From a virus, in the IMG/VR virus record IMGVR_UViG_3300030101_002616, positions 16,484-80,483 of that record: a DNA stretch of 64,000 nucleotides; one strand, 5' to 3'. Below the pieces are notes generated by a model that saw nothing but the letters and a program-made list of their open reading frames with translations, ran no database searches and was not told the origin of the DNA. Positions 1 through 10,337 of the stretch are shown here, one piece after another; the stretch's first letter is position 1, and every line of letters starts with the position of its first letter. A program made the translations under genes and the position numbers.

Positions 1-41
1 GTATGTACAAACTGGAGATATAGCATAATCTCTTAACATAT

Positions 42-82
42 AAGACTCGCAGGGGACTAGTTTCCCCTGTAGGTCTTTTTTT
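42..82 (+). terminator. Rho-independent terminator after an upstream gene (probable stop at 26-28)
   Basis: gcagggga-ctagtt-tcccctgt stem, outer aagac/gtctt pairing, followed by a T-tract. Confidence 0.8.
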
Positions 83-99
83 ACAAAAAACAAAACAAT

Positions 100-633
100 A
101 TGAGTTTAATAGTATCGTCTACAGCAGACTGCCAATATATAGTAATTAGAATACCAGCTAACTCTTATGGAGGAGGTAGTGGTTATCAAGGTGGAACTCC
201 TCTAACAGTAAAAGTATCTTTATTAGATAGTTTTTATGAATTTACTGTTGCTACAACTGCATCAGACGTTGTAACACTAGTTTCACCTAATCAGGTAGGT
301 GGTGGAGAGCATGGACTATTTTTAGTAGAAGCTATTCTGGACGGAAACGTTGTAGGAAAAGCAGGAGCATTATTAGCATGTGATGTATTATGCTGTATTG
401 CAAGTAAAATGGAAGAACTATTAGACTGCGACTGCGATTGTAACAAATGTTCAGAACACTTTGTTGAAGCACAAAAAATATTTTTACTGCTAAAAACAGC
501 AGAATCACAATTAGATACATCTTATCTTAATTCACCTACATTAAGTCAAATACACGCTATAATAGATAGCGCTAGAGAAAAATATGAAACTGCCCAAGAC
601 ATGTGCGCTGGCCATTGCGGGTGTAACTGTTAA
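100..633 (+). CDS. Cys-rich virion protein, possibly crAss-type tail ring/adaptor
   Basis: 177 aa with 12 Cys incl. CDCDCNKC and C-terminal CAGHCGCNC; first gene of the structural block here; ring call is inference. Confidence 0.45.
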   Translation: MSLIVSSTADCQYIVIRIPANSYGGGSGYQGGTPLTVKVSLLDSFYEFTVATTASDVVTLVSPNQVGGGEHGLFLVEAILDGNVVGKAGALLACDVLCCIASKMEELLDCDCDCNKCSEHFVEAQKIFLLLKTAESQLDTSYLNSPTLSQIHAIIDSAREKYETAQDMCAGHCGCNC

Positions 634-635
634 TT

Positions 636-3600
636 ATGGCAAAGGGATTACAAACTTTTCTTAGTTATAAATACCTAAAAGATGCTTCAGGTATTCAATA
701 TCTTGTACTTATATCTCATGTAAGTAATCCTGTTATTGGTGCTGCAGGTCTTGGAAAGGGTTTTACTTTAACTCCTAAAACTGTAAGTACTTTAAAAGAT
801 GGTAACAGAGAACAAGTATATACTTATACAGGTTCTGGTAATGTAACCGCAAATTTTAAAGAAGGTCAAACTATAACTATCAGTGTATCTGATATTCCAA
901 AAGGCAGTGAACTTGCAGTTCCTTTTGACTCCTTAGAAAGATCTTTTAATTTTGATGTATCATCTGAATCTTTACTTGGGTATGATATATCTGATGCTTT
1001 ATTCTATTCAGAAGGTACGGCTAGCTATAGAGAAAGTTATATACTACCACAATCTAGTAATCCTCATTTAGATACTAGTAGCAGAACAGATTTTTATTAT
1101 ACAGCAGATGGCTCTGCTGCATACATGGGATCTACCAGCCTACAAAACAAATTTTTAAATAATATAGGTTATAGTAATAGAGGATCTGATAGTACTGATT
1201 TAGGTAAATTCAGAGGAGGATCTGATGATAATACTTCAGTTGAATTTACTACTACCCACCAAACTCCAGTTGCCGGACAAACAACTGGTCCTGCAACGCA
1301 AGGGGGTATAGTAGCATTTAGTTTTATACCTAGAACTAGTGCTGTTGATGACACCCCATTACCTATTATTGATGTATGTCAAGATCCTCAAGCTACTAAT
1401 TTCTATTTAACAGGCTGTATAAACGAAGAGTTACCCTGTGTAGATTCAGGAACTACTCATGCTAATGATTGTGAAGGAGTTGCTTTAACAGCAGATATAA
1501 TAAATAACAGCGTCTTAACTAATGGGTCATGTTGTGAATATACAACTGGATGTGAAGATTTTAATGTAGTTATAGGTGATATAACAGCAGCTAATATAGA
1601 CGTAGCAAATGGTACTATTAATATAACAGTATCTGGAGGAACGCAAAATTATACTGCAGTAGTTGGTGCTATAGAACTAGATAATCCAGAAAATTCATTT
1701 AGCACTCAAACTACAAATAGTATTTCTACTGATGAATTTACTCTTAGCAGTTTATTTCCTGGTAAATATAATCTTAGTGTAACAGATTCTACATCAGGTA
1801 CAGCTTGTAATCAAAGAATAGAGTTTATTGTACCACCAAAAGGATCTGATCCTGGTGGTGAAGGAGATTTTGGATGTAAAGATACTAGCTCAGCAATCAA
1901 TCACGATAACTCTGTTACTACACACCAAGATAGACTATGTGTTTTTTGTGATGCTGACTCTGGTTTATTATTTGCAGATTCTACTAATCCAACATTTTTA
2001 GGAAATGCTTTTGTTCCTACTTCTGACAGTCCTATTTTTAATTTTAATAATGCTACAAGCACTCCAGAAGGTGTAAGTATTGAAAATGGTTCACTTACTT
2101 TTCTTGGTGTTCAACTATTTAATGAAGATATTAACTTATCTGAGCCTCCTGCAGTTCATAATTTTAATCCTCTTGAAGAGTTTACTACTGATCAAGCTAG
2201 TATGTTTGATTATCAGTTGTACAGAATTGATTCAGAAGTAGACGGGTTACTGAATGAAATTAATCTTGCTGAATCAGGAAATGTAAAAGCTTGGCTAACT
2301 GCTAATGCAACAGCTGTAGGAAGTGTGGTTCAAACTACGGGTGCAGCACACTCATTTACAAGTTTAGGTCCAGGAACCTATACAGTATTAGTTACATATG
2401 ATGCAGATGGAACTCCAAATGGTGATCCAGAAGAAGAACAATGTTATTATGTACCTATACCTCAAACTGTCTATCAAAGAGGATGTACTGATCCAACTGC
2501 TGATAACTACAACACTGCTTTTGAGTCTGATCCAAATTCATTTTTACCAAGTGAGGGTTGTTTTTATCCGCCCCAAACTTGCAATGATCCAGGAATAGTA
2601 TTTGATGCTGTAGTTTCATGCAATGCAGACGACGGAACTATACAAATTGACTCAATAGATTTTGTATCACTTAATCCTGATATATTAGATGCAGGAGTAA
2701 ATGGGTTTATTGTAACTCAGGATCATGTAAACCCACCATTTGGAGCAGGAGTAATTGTTGCTGCAGGAGGATCTGGATTTGCTGCTCTTCAATATATTGC
2801 GTGGGAACTTTTTTGTTACGATCTTTTTAATAGTAGTATTGATCCTAATATGCATTGGATGAGTTTACCAGTTGGATTTCCTCAAGGCTATGTAAACTCT
2901 GAAGGTGTTGTACCTGCTAGTGGGGCTGGTAACCTTGCAAACATGTATAGAATACTTTCAACAATAACTTTTGCTGATGGAACTGATTTATTTCTTGGAG
3001 AAATAGGTTTAGGTGACCTTTTACCAAATACAGTTCCTTTTGATACTCCAAATCTTGTAAATTATGGTGAAGTAACTTGTGAGCATATAAGTACACACGG
3101 TACTCCTACTTCTGTAACATTTAATTATAACTATGGGGAATATAATGTATATGGAGAAAGCGCATCTTATACACATATTTTTACAATAAGTCAACTAGAA
3201 CAATTTACTGGTTGTTGTGAATTTTCAGAACCTGAACCTGAAGGCTGTACTGATCCTACTGCAACAAACTTTGATCCAGCTGCTATAATAGACGACGGTT
3301 CTTGTATTTACCCTGAACCCCCAGTGGTTCCAGGTTGCACAGACCCTACAGCTACAAACTTTGACCCACTTGCTACAGTCGACGATGGATCATGTGAATA
3401 CATTCAACAAGGTTCTTGGTTACAAGCTGATTGTTTTACTTGTTCTTACAATGAAAACTTTCCTAATGGATTTGAAACCCAAGAAGAGTGTGAAGATTCT
3501 ATTGAGTCTAACACAGACTGTTGTGTTCTTGAGACTTATGTTAATAATGCTGGTGATATTATGGGTACCCTTCCAGTATTAGATACAACTAACTCAAGTT

Positions 3601-5102
3601 CAATTTTTAATGATGTGACAGGATTATGTGACGATCAATCTACTGGTTCGTTCGTTTTTACTTTTCCTTCTGGTTTAAACAACAGTGTATTTAATATGAC
3701 TAGCAATGTATCTTTCTTTTGGAGAGTAGGTACTCTTTGTTGTCCTAGTGTACAATATAGTAATATCTGGTCCGGAGCTCTAACTAATGATTTTGGAGAG
3801 GTTACTGATGCAATTACTAATATGGATACGTCAGATTTAATAGATTTAACTGGTGCAACCCAGTCCATTACTGTGAATGGTATAGAAAGTGGACAATACA
3901 TAATGTGGTTTTATTTCTTTGATATACCTTTTGATGCTACTGGGGCAGACCCAATAAATGGCCTACCATACCAAGATGGTGGACAATCTTGTACTACTTA
4001 CACAGTAAATATTGATATTGGCATAGATGATTGTGATGATAGTATTGTACATGGTTGTACTGATCCTGAAGCAGATAATTATAATGAAAGTGCAACTGTA
4101 GATGATGGAACATGTACATACACAGATATTAATGACGACAATCCTGATGGTGGTGATGGTGGTGATCCAGGAGGTCCTGGTGGTCCTGATGAAGAAGTTG
4201 GTTGTGATTGCGGAGATGGTACATATTCTCCAGCATGTTGTCCACCTACTGCAATTTGTGGATGTCAAGATCCAAATGCAAGTAATTTTAATCCAAATGC
4301 CACTTATTATGATCCAACCGCAGATGGTTGTGGGTGTGAATATGATGGAGATCCTCCATTTGTAGGTGATCCACCAATTACATCAACTGTTTTAGCTTGT
4401 GTTCCTAGAACTATTCATAAATTAATAAGATACAATAATGAGTGTATAGCAAGGGCAGGTCATAGAGTTTATACTAAACATATAACGGGATTAGGCAATA
4501 GTTGTTCTAATATGGAAACTATGAAAATGGTTATTATTAATGATCTTATTAGTAGACTAGGGCTACCTTGTATATTTAATTGTTCAGATAATGATACGCC
4601 TGCTCCAGATACAGCTTCTAATGTTTGTAAAGATAATTGGACTAATAATGGTTCTTTATACTGGAATCCAGCAGATGCAGCAGCTAATATATATAATTTA
4701 GGAATACATGTTAGAAGACCATTTGTACCTAACCCAGGTGGTTTACCAGCACCTATATATGTTGCTATATCTAACTCTGGATTAGACATAGATCCATTCT
4801 CTAACAATTCAGCTAGTGGATGGAAGTTATGTAAAACAGAATCTATAGTAAATGAAAAGAATAATTATTTACCAAACTTTCTTAAATTTGCACACGAGTA
4901 TTGTAAAAATTGTGGAATACCTCCATATAGAATAGATGATACTCTTTCTTCAAGTGTTACAGATACATTTACTACTGGTGGAAATGATATAACAGCAGGG
5001 GGGACTACATTTGATAATACTTCAGATCAAACAGATCTAACAACTCTTGACGATATAGAGGGAAATGAAACAGATAACGAAACAGGAGGTTTATACTCTT
5101 AA
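636..5102 (+). CDS. Large acidic, Cys-rich putative virion protein with GCTDP repeats
   Basis: 1488 aa; about 7 GC(T/Q/K)DPxAxN(Y/F)...DDG(S/T)C units; SprB-like segment (NGTINITVSGGT...PGKYNLSVTDS); no signal peptide. Confidence 0.6.
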   Translation: MAKGLQTFLSYKYLKDASGIQYLVLISHVSNPVIGAAGLGKGFTLTPKTVSTLKDGNREQVYTYTGSGNVTANFKEGQTITISVSDIPKGSELAVPFDSLERSFNFDVSSESLLGYDISDALFYSEGTASYRESYILPQSSNPHLDTSSRTDFYYTADGSAAYMGSTSLQNKFLNNIGYSNRGSDSTDLGKFRGGSDDNTSVEFTTTHQTPVAGQTTGPATQGGIVAFSFIPRTSAVDDTPLPIIDVCQDPQATNFYLTGCINEELPCVDSGTTHANDCEGVALTADIINNSVLTNGSCCEYTTGCEDFNVVIGDITAANIDVANGTINITVSGGTQNYTAVVGAIELDNPENSFSTQTTNSISTDEFTLSSLFPGKYNLSVTDSTSGTACNQRIEFIVPPKGSDPGGEGDFGCKDTSSAINHDNSVTTHQDRLCVFCDADSGLLFADSTNPTFLGNAFVPTSDSPIFNFNNATSTPEGVSIENGSLTFLGVQLFNEDINLSEPPAVHNFNPLEEFTTDQASMFDYQLYRIDSEVDGLLNEINLAESGNVKAWLTANATAVGSVVQTTGAAHSFTSLGPGTYTVLVTYDADGTPNGDPEEEQCYYVPIPQTVYQRGCTDPTADNYNTAFESDPNSFLPSEGCFYPPQTCNDPGIVFDAVVSCNADDGTIQIDSIDFVSLNPDILDAGVNGFIVTQDHVNPPFGAGVIVAAGGSGFAALQYIAWELFCYDLFNSSIDPNMHWMSLPVGFPQGYVNSEGVVPASGAGNLANMYRILSTITFADGTDLFLGEIGLGDLLPNTVPFDTPNLVNYGEVTCEHISTHGTPTSVTFNYNYGEYNVYGESASYTHIFTISQLEQFTGCCEFSEPEPEGCTDPTATNFDPAAIIDDGSCIYPEPPVVPGCTDPTATNFDPLATVDDGSCEYIQQGSWLQADCFTCSYNENFPNGFETQEECEDSIESNTDCCVLETYVNNAGDIMGTLPVLDTTNSSSIFNDVTGLCDDQSTGSFVFTFPSGLNNSVFNMTSNVSFFWRVGTLCCPSVQYSNIWSGALTNDFGEVTDAITNMDTSDLIDLTGATQSITVNGIESGQYIMWFYFFDIPFDATGADPINGLPYQDGGQSCTTYTVNIDIGIDDCDDSIVHGCTDPEADNYNESATVDDGTCTYTDINDDNPDGGDGGDPGGPGGPDEEVGCDCGDGTYSPACCPPTAICGCQDPNASNFNPNATYYDPTADGCGCEYDGDPPFVGDPPITSTVLACVPRTIHKLIRYNNECIARAGHRVYTKHITGLGNSCSNMETMKMVIINDLISRLGLPCIFNCSDNDTPAPDTASNVCKDNWTNNGSLYWNPADAAANIYNLGIHVRRPFVPNPGGLPAPIYVAISNSGLDIDPFSNNSASGWKLCKTESIVNEKNNYLPNFLKFAHEYCKNCGIPPYRIDDTLSSSVTDTFTTGGNDITAGGTTFDNTSDQTDLTTLDDIEGNETDNETGGLYS

Positions 5103-5116
5103 AATAATATAATAAA

Positions 5117-6637
5117 ATGGCAGAAATAACAACACTAAGTACCCTTTCAAAAACTAGCGTAGCGTCTACAGATTTTTTACTCGTAGCTAACTCTAGCACA
5201 AAATCGGCTAAAAAATTACAACTACAAACGTTGTTTCCAGCAGTGTCTACAGCAGGCACAAGCTCGCAAGAGCTCTATACGAGCGCTACACTAACAAATA
5301 AAAATCAGATTGTATTCAAAGGACTGAAGTCTGCTGATACTAAAGTAACTGTAACTACAGCAAGTAATAACTTAGTAATTACACTAGTAGAAGCACAGAT
5401 AGATCTTAATGCCTGTGATAATAGTAGTGCAGGATTCTTAAAGACAATTAATAACTCAAACTGGAGTGGTACTGACTTAGCAGTAGTAAATGGAGGTACA
5501 GGACTATCAGCGATAACAAAAGGTTCAGTTCTATATGCTAATGATACAGACACAATAGCAGCTACAGCAGCAATGTCTACAAACGGACAACTGCTTATAG
5601 GTAATGCAACTAATGGCTTTCCATCAGTAGCAACACTTACAGCTGGAGCTAATATGACTGTTACTAATGGTGCAGGTACAATTACACTTGCAGCTAGTTT
5701 AGCAAGTTTAGCATCTAATTTAGATACAGGTAGTTTTAATATTGACTTGAATACTAACTACATTAGTGATGATGGATCTGATAGAGGTATATATGTGCAT
5801 ACTAATGGTAAAACAATACTTAATGACTCAGGATCAACTTTAACTACAGGTGAAGCCACAGGTCAGTTAAATATACAAGGTAGTACAGCCACAGCAATTA
5901 CAATAGGTAATACTGCTGCATATCAATCTACGTACACTGTTCAAACCACAACATCAGCATCTGGAACTGCGGGGGCTAATTTAGCTGTAAATGCAGCTAC
6001 TGCGGGTGGTGGAAATATGGATGGTGGTGATTTAAGACTTTCAGCAGGTACTGCTACAGGATCTGGTAATGGAGGTGATGCATCACTATCCGGAGGAGAT
6101 GCAGCATCAGGAGATGCAGGTAATGTATTATTAAGAACATATACAAGTGGAGGATCAATAACTACAGCATTAACTGTAGATACTAATCAAGATGTATCAG
6201 TAGAAACAGGTAATCTATTTGTAAAAGCAAAACCTATTTATGCAAGAGCATCTAGTACGGCAGCATTTATACAATACCAAGGAGCTGAAGCTACTACAGA
6301 TGATGGCACTACAGCAGTATCAGCTGCTAACATATTAACAGGTATTGTAAAATGTACACCTACAGCTGATAGAAGTAAAGCTACAGATACAGCATCTAAC
6401 TTAATATCAGGATTATCTCTAACAGCAGATAACGATAGCTTTGACTTTAGTTTTATTAATTTAACAACTGACGGACAAGATAACGTAACGCTTACAGGAG
6501 GAACAGGTGTAACACTTGTAGGTAATATGGTAATACACGCACAGGATGCATCAGATGATGCAGTATCTATAGGTGTAGGAAGATTTAGAATAAGAAGAAC
6601 CGGTGCTAGTGCAGTAACCATGTACAGAATCGGATAA
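5117..6637 (+). CDS. Tail fibre/spike-like protein
   Basis: 506 aa, G/T/A/S-rich; LAVVNGGTG and GGDLRLSAG-type fibre repeats. Confidence 0.6.
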   Translation: MAEITTLSTLSKTSVASTDFLLVANSSTKSAKKLQLQTLFPAVSTAGTSSQELYTSATLTNKNQIVFKGLKSADTKVTVTTASNNLVITLVEAQIDLNACDNSSAGFLKTINNSNWSGTDLAVVNGGTGLSAITKGSVLYANDTDTIAATAAMSTNGQLLIGNATNGFPSVATLTAGANMTVTNGAGTITLAASLASLASNLDTGSFNIDLNTNYISDDGSDRGIYVHTNGKTILNDSGSTLTTGEATGQLNIQGSTATAITIGNTAAYQSTYTVQTTTSASGTAGANLAVNAATAGGGNMDGGDLRLSAGTATGSGNGGDASLSGGDAASGDAGNVLLRTYTSGGSITTALTVDTNQDVSVETGNLFVKAKPIYARASSTAAFIQYQGAEATTDDGTTAVSAANILTGIVKCTPTADRSKATDTASNLISGLSLTADNDSFDFSFINLTTDGQDNVTLTGGTGVTLVGNMVIHAQDASDDAVSIGVGRFRIRRTGASAVTMYRIG

Positions 6638-6662
6638 TATTAACCAATTAATTATATAGACA

Positions 6663-7064
6663 ATGAAAGTAAAAATGAAAAATGGTGAGTTTGTTGAATT
6701 GTTCAACGGACTAACAGCAGTACAACAACTAAAAGGAGTTAAGTTTGGATTGTTAGTATCTAAGAATATTAGAGTAATACAAGAAGAACTTAAGGACATC
6801 GAAGAAGCTAGTAAGCCTAGTGAAGAGTTTTTAGAGTTGTCACAGAAGATGCAAGTTCTTATGAACAAAAAAGATGACGAAGCAATAGCTAAGTTAGAAA
6901 AAGAAAATAAAGAACTTGTTGATGCTCGTAAAGAGCAGTTAGCTGAGATAGATAAACTACTATTAGAAGAAACTGAAGTTGAACTGCACGGCATACCAGA
7001 AAACTGTTTACCAACAGATATTACTGGTGAACAAATTATTAACATAGATAAAATTATAGAATAA
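6663..7064 (+). CDS. Hypothetical helical protein (possible fibre chaperone)
   Basis: 133 aa, E/K-rich, directly after a fibre gene. Confidence 0.4.
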   Translation: MKVKMKNGEFVELFNGLTAVQQLKGVKFGLLVSKNIRVIQEELKDIEEASKPSEEFLELSQKMQVLMNKKDDEAIAKLEKENKELVDARKEQLAEIDKLLLEETEVELHGIPENCLPTDITGEQIINIDKIIE

Positions 7065-7375
7065 TGGCTCAAACAATTTCAGAAAGCTTATTAAAAAATA
7101 CTCTTGATGTTTTAAGTGAAAGTATGTCTCCACAAGTAGTGCATATGATTGATGATACTGTAGAACATACAGGACCATATTTTGCAATAGCTGCATTAGA
7201 AGAATCTGTTATAGATACTTCAGAATGTACTACAAATATCACAGATGCAGCAGCAACAATTACAATACCAAAAGGTATGACTATATATGGTGATTTTGAC
7301 TCTATTGAGTTAGATAGTGGTAAAGTTTTAGCATACGCAAGAAAAGGAATAGTACCTGTAAATGCAGGCGGATAA
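7064..7375 (+). CDS. Small beta-rich hypothetical (putative virion) protein
   Basis: 103 aa, TAATG overlap with upstream gene. Confidence 0.45.
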   Translation: MAQTISESLLKNTLDVLSESMSPQVVHMIDDTVEHTGPYFAIAALEESVIDTSECTTNITDAAATITIPKGMTIYGDFDSIELDSGKVLAYARKGIVPVNAGG

Positions 7376-7400
7376 TATTAAATATTAATAAAAAAAGAAT

Positions 7401-7787
7401 ATGGGAACATTAAGTGTTAAATTAGAATTAATAAGTAGAGGTTTTGGAACCCCTACAAAAATAAGAGTTACAGATCTTATAACTACGACTAATCCTTCAC
7501 AAACTTTGTCTCGTGTAAGTGCAACCACTACAGGAGGTGACACTATCATTCTTCCTAATGCTAATGTAGAACGTTTTGTCTATATAAAACATTTAGGATT
7601 AAACTCAGCAGGAGCAAGAAACGTAACAGATAAATTAAAAGTAGAATATTCTGATGGCAATCATATAGCAGAGCTTAGAGCAGGAGAGTTTTTGTTTTTA
7701 CCTTATGACACAGGTGGATCAGCTCTTTTACAACTAGAAGCTTCTGCAAATACGATACAAGCAGAATATGCATTTTTTACTAGATAG
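7401..7787 (+). CDS. Small beta-rich hypothetical (putative virion) protein
   Basis: 128 aa, AT-rich leader. Confidence 0.45.
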   Translation: MGTLSVKLELISRGFGTPTKIRVTDLITTTNPSQTLSRVSATTTGGDTIILPNANVERFVYIKHLGLNSAGARNVTDKLKVEYSDGNHIAELRAGEFLFLPYDTGGSALLQLEASANTIQAEYAFFTR

Positions 7788-7788
7788 A

Positions 7789-8835
7789 ATGATTAGAGTA
7801 TTTGTAATATTATTAGTTTTCTTAATGTCTTGTGCAGCACCGAAAGAGTGTTGCTCACAGATTAAAAAAGCTATAAAGTTTTCTACATTCTATGTAGCAG
7901 CGAATGGAGGTACGTCTTTATCTGATAGAGAAGTATATTCTATAAATGGAAGTACACTTTTATATGATACTATTATTACTCCTTATGACTACTCATTATC
8001 TATGGGTATTCGTAAGATACAGAGGTTTCAATATGAAGGTACTTCACCATTTAAAGATGGTACAGAGTCATCATTTAGTGATGCTGCTAGTATAGGTAGA
8101 AACCCTTTTGAGTATTTATTTGAGATAGAATATAGAAGACAGGAGGGTGTAGAGTATTTTGATCAGCATCATTTTATAAGATATGCTAGATCTAAGTGGT
8201 TTACAAAAGCAGAATATATTAAAGATGGTTTTGCAGACATAGAGTATTTTGAGGGTACACACAGACTACGACTGAATGGTGGTAAAAAACTATCATTCAA
8301 CATAGGCGCTGTACAAAGATTAGCAGAGCCGTATGGATATGATCCATTAGAAGAGTGGACTATGTCTACAGGTGATATACACTATACACAACTAGCTATT
8401 GAAGAGGGATATAGTATAGATGTATATGAATCTGAGTATAGAGCACCAGATGGTGCAATTGTAGCAAATAGTGCTGAGGTATGGAATCAGATAGTTATGC
8501 CAGAAGTATTAGAAAATTATGTAGAAAAGAAACGAAATGAACTAGCTAATCAATGGCAGCATTCATTAGTAATAGGTTTTGATTTCTATCACTATAAGAA
8601 AAACTTTTGGTTACACTCTTGGGGTAACTTTATGCCTTACCATTATAATGATGGTGGACAATATTCTTATCATAATTTTAATGATGGAGAGCAGTGGTAT
8701 GATTACTCAGGAGGATTAATATTTGGACTGAAAGCAACAAAACACTTAGGATGTTTTATTGAAGGTAAATACAATAAGTATTGGAATAAAGAATGGTACG
8801 ATTTTAAATTAGGAATTAACTACGTTATATTTTAA
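7789..8835 (+). CDS. Putative outer-membrane beta-barrel protein with signal peptide
   Basis: Start at 7789 gives MIRVFVILLVFLMSC; aromatic-rich amphipathic strands; C-terminal YDFKLGINYVIF resembles a BamA beta-signal. Confidence 0.55.
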   Translation: MIRVFVILLVFLMSCAAPKECCSQIKKAIKFSTFYVAANGGTSLSDREVYSINGSTLLYDTIITPYDYSLSMGIRKIQRFQYEGTSPFKDGTESSFSDAASIGRNPFEYLFEIEYRRQEGVEYFDQHHFIRYARSKWFTKAEYIKDGFADIEYFEGTHRLRLNGGKKLSFNIGAVQRLAEPYGYDPLEEWTMSTGDIHYTQLAIEEGYSIDVYESEYRAPDGAIVANSAEVWNQIVMPEVLENYVEKKRNELANQWQHSLVIGFDFYHYKKNFWLHSWGNFMPYHYNDGGQYSYHNFNDGEQWYDYSGGLIFGLKATKHLGCFIEGKYNKYWNKEWYDFKLGINYVIF

Positions 8836-8837
8836 AA

Positions 8838-9116
8838 ATGGCAACTGAAATAGGAAAAGACACTAAAATTAAATTAAGTTTAGAAACAATAATATCTTTA
8901 GGATTTGTATTAGTAACTATGACTGGTATGTGGTTTACACTAAAAGGGGAGATAGCTGAAGCAAAAGAATTACCAGTAGCTCCAGATCCAGAAGTAACAC
9001 GTATGGAGTTTGATATGAAAGATCAAATGATACGTAACACTATTATGAATACTCAAGAAGATGTAACTGAAATAAAAGCTACATTAGAAAAGATAGAAGA
9101 TAAACTTTATAAATAA
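8838..9116 (+). CDS. Single-TM protein with C-terminal coiled coil
   Basis: IISLGFVLVTMTGMWFTL hydrophobic helix, then heptads VTEIKATLEKIEDKL. Confidence 0.55.
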   Translation: MATEIGKDTKIKLSLETIISLGFVLVTMTGMWFTLKGEIAEAKELPVAPDPEVTRMEFDMKDQMIRNTIMNTQEDVTEIKATLEKIEDKLYK

Positions 9117-9454
9117 TGTGGAAAGTTATATACAAGCATTTATTATTTTTATTTTTTTGTACGGTCTCGTATACTGCTTTTTCACAGATCACAGTGATTC
9201 ACTTTAACGCTGGCTGGAACGAAGCTAATGATGTAGAGTGGTTTGATAAATTATCAGACGCTGGTAAAAAAAGTTTAAGTATTGACGATAAAGACATACA
9301 AAAGGAATATGCTATTGCTATTGTACCTACTATCATTGTGTTTGATGAGGGCGAAGAAGTAAAACGTTTTCAAGCAGATCTTAGTTTTGAGATGGTGGCT
9401 ACAAGAAAAGAGATACAGAATTACATCGACGAATTAATAATGAGTAAATTTTAA
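9116..9454 (+). CDS. Secreted thioredoxin-fold protein lacking CxxC
   Basis: Signal peptide ending AFS-Q; VIHFNAGWNEAN where FxAxWCxxC is expected; YAIAIVPTIIVFDEGEEVKRF matches the Trx cis-Pro region. Confidence 0.65.
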   Translation: MWKVIYKHLLFLFFCTVSYTAFSQITVIHFNAGWNEANDVEWFDKLSDAGKKSLSIDDKDIQKEYAIAIVPTIIVFDEGEEVKRFQADLSFEMVATRKEIQNYIDELIMSKF

Positions 9455-9455
9455 T

Positions 9456-10337
9456 ATGGCAAATATTTTAGGATTAGGATTAAGCACAATAAAAGGATCA
9501 ACAGTTGATCAACCATATGCTACAAGGTTTGCTAGCTTTAATGGATCAAGTAGTAAGGCTTTAGCAGCACCAGGTAGACTGCCTTTAATATTAGCAGGTA
9601 GTGGTACTCTTGGAGAGAATATAACATTTTCTATGTGGATAAAGGCTACATGGACTATACCTGCAAGTCCAGCTGATGCAGTAGTTAACAATATACCATT
9701 TTTTATGTTAGGTAGTGATACAGATGTGCATGAAGCGTTTAGAATGTATTATATGATAGAAGACGGTTCTGCTAACAATAAAAATGATGTTGTTATGGAA
9801 CTAAGAAGTTCAACTCCTAGTAATTCTAGACAAAATGAAATAATGAGATTAAGCGCTACAGGCGGCAGTCCAAGCAATTCGACTATAACAGGTAGTAGTG
9901 CCGCTGATCACGATAAAATGTGGGACAGTGATAACTCTGCTATAACAACAAATAATGATGGATTTGTACATATAGTTTGTAGTAGAGGTACCTTAGATTG
10001 GAAAATATTTTGGAATGGTATTAACTGTGAAGTGATAGACAATGATTCAGGCTCATTAAACACAGATGTAACTGAGTTTGATTCTTTTAGTATAGGATAT
10101 TGGGAGTATGCTGATGCTTATGGTCAACTAGGTGTAAGAGATTTTGCAATATATAATAGTCAACTATCTGGTTCAGATGTAACTGCATTATACAATGGTG
10201 GAGTACTAGCTGATCATAGAGATTTAATTACACCACAGCCTATAGTATATTATCCTTTTGAAGAAGATGGTAATGACGTAATAATATCTACAGGACCACA
10301 CTTAACTTTAACCGATGTAACTTTTGAAAATATATAA
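9456..10337 (+). CDS. LamG/concanavalin-A-like domain protein
   Basis: ITFSMWIK, FVHIVCS, RDFAIYNSQLSGSDVTALYNGG, YYPFEE pattern. Confidence 0.65.
   Translation: MANILGLGLSTIKGSTVDQPYATRFASFNGSSSKALAAPGRLPLILAGSGTLGENITFSMWIKATWTIPASPADAVVNNIPFFMLGSDTDVHEAFRMYYMIEDGSANNKNDVVMELRSSTPSNSRQNEIMRLSATGGSPSNSTITGSSAADHDKMWDSDNSAITTNNDGFVHIVCSRGTLDWKIFWNGINCEVIDNDSGSLNTDVTEFDSFSIGYWEYADAYGQLGVRDFAIYNSQLSGSDVTALYNGGVLADHRDLITPQPIVYYPFEEDGNDVIISTGPHLTLTDVTFENI

Noticed and set aside
9116-9454. Active disulfide oxidoreductase forming the proposed cargo links
   Set aside because: The mature protein has no Cys and is exported, so it cannot catalyse thiol exchange
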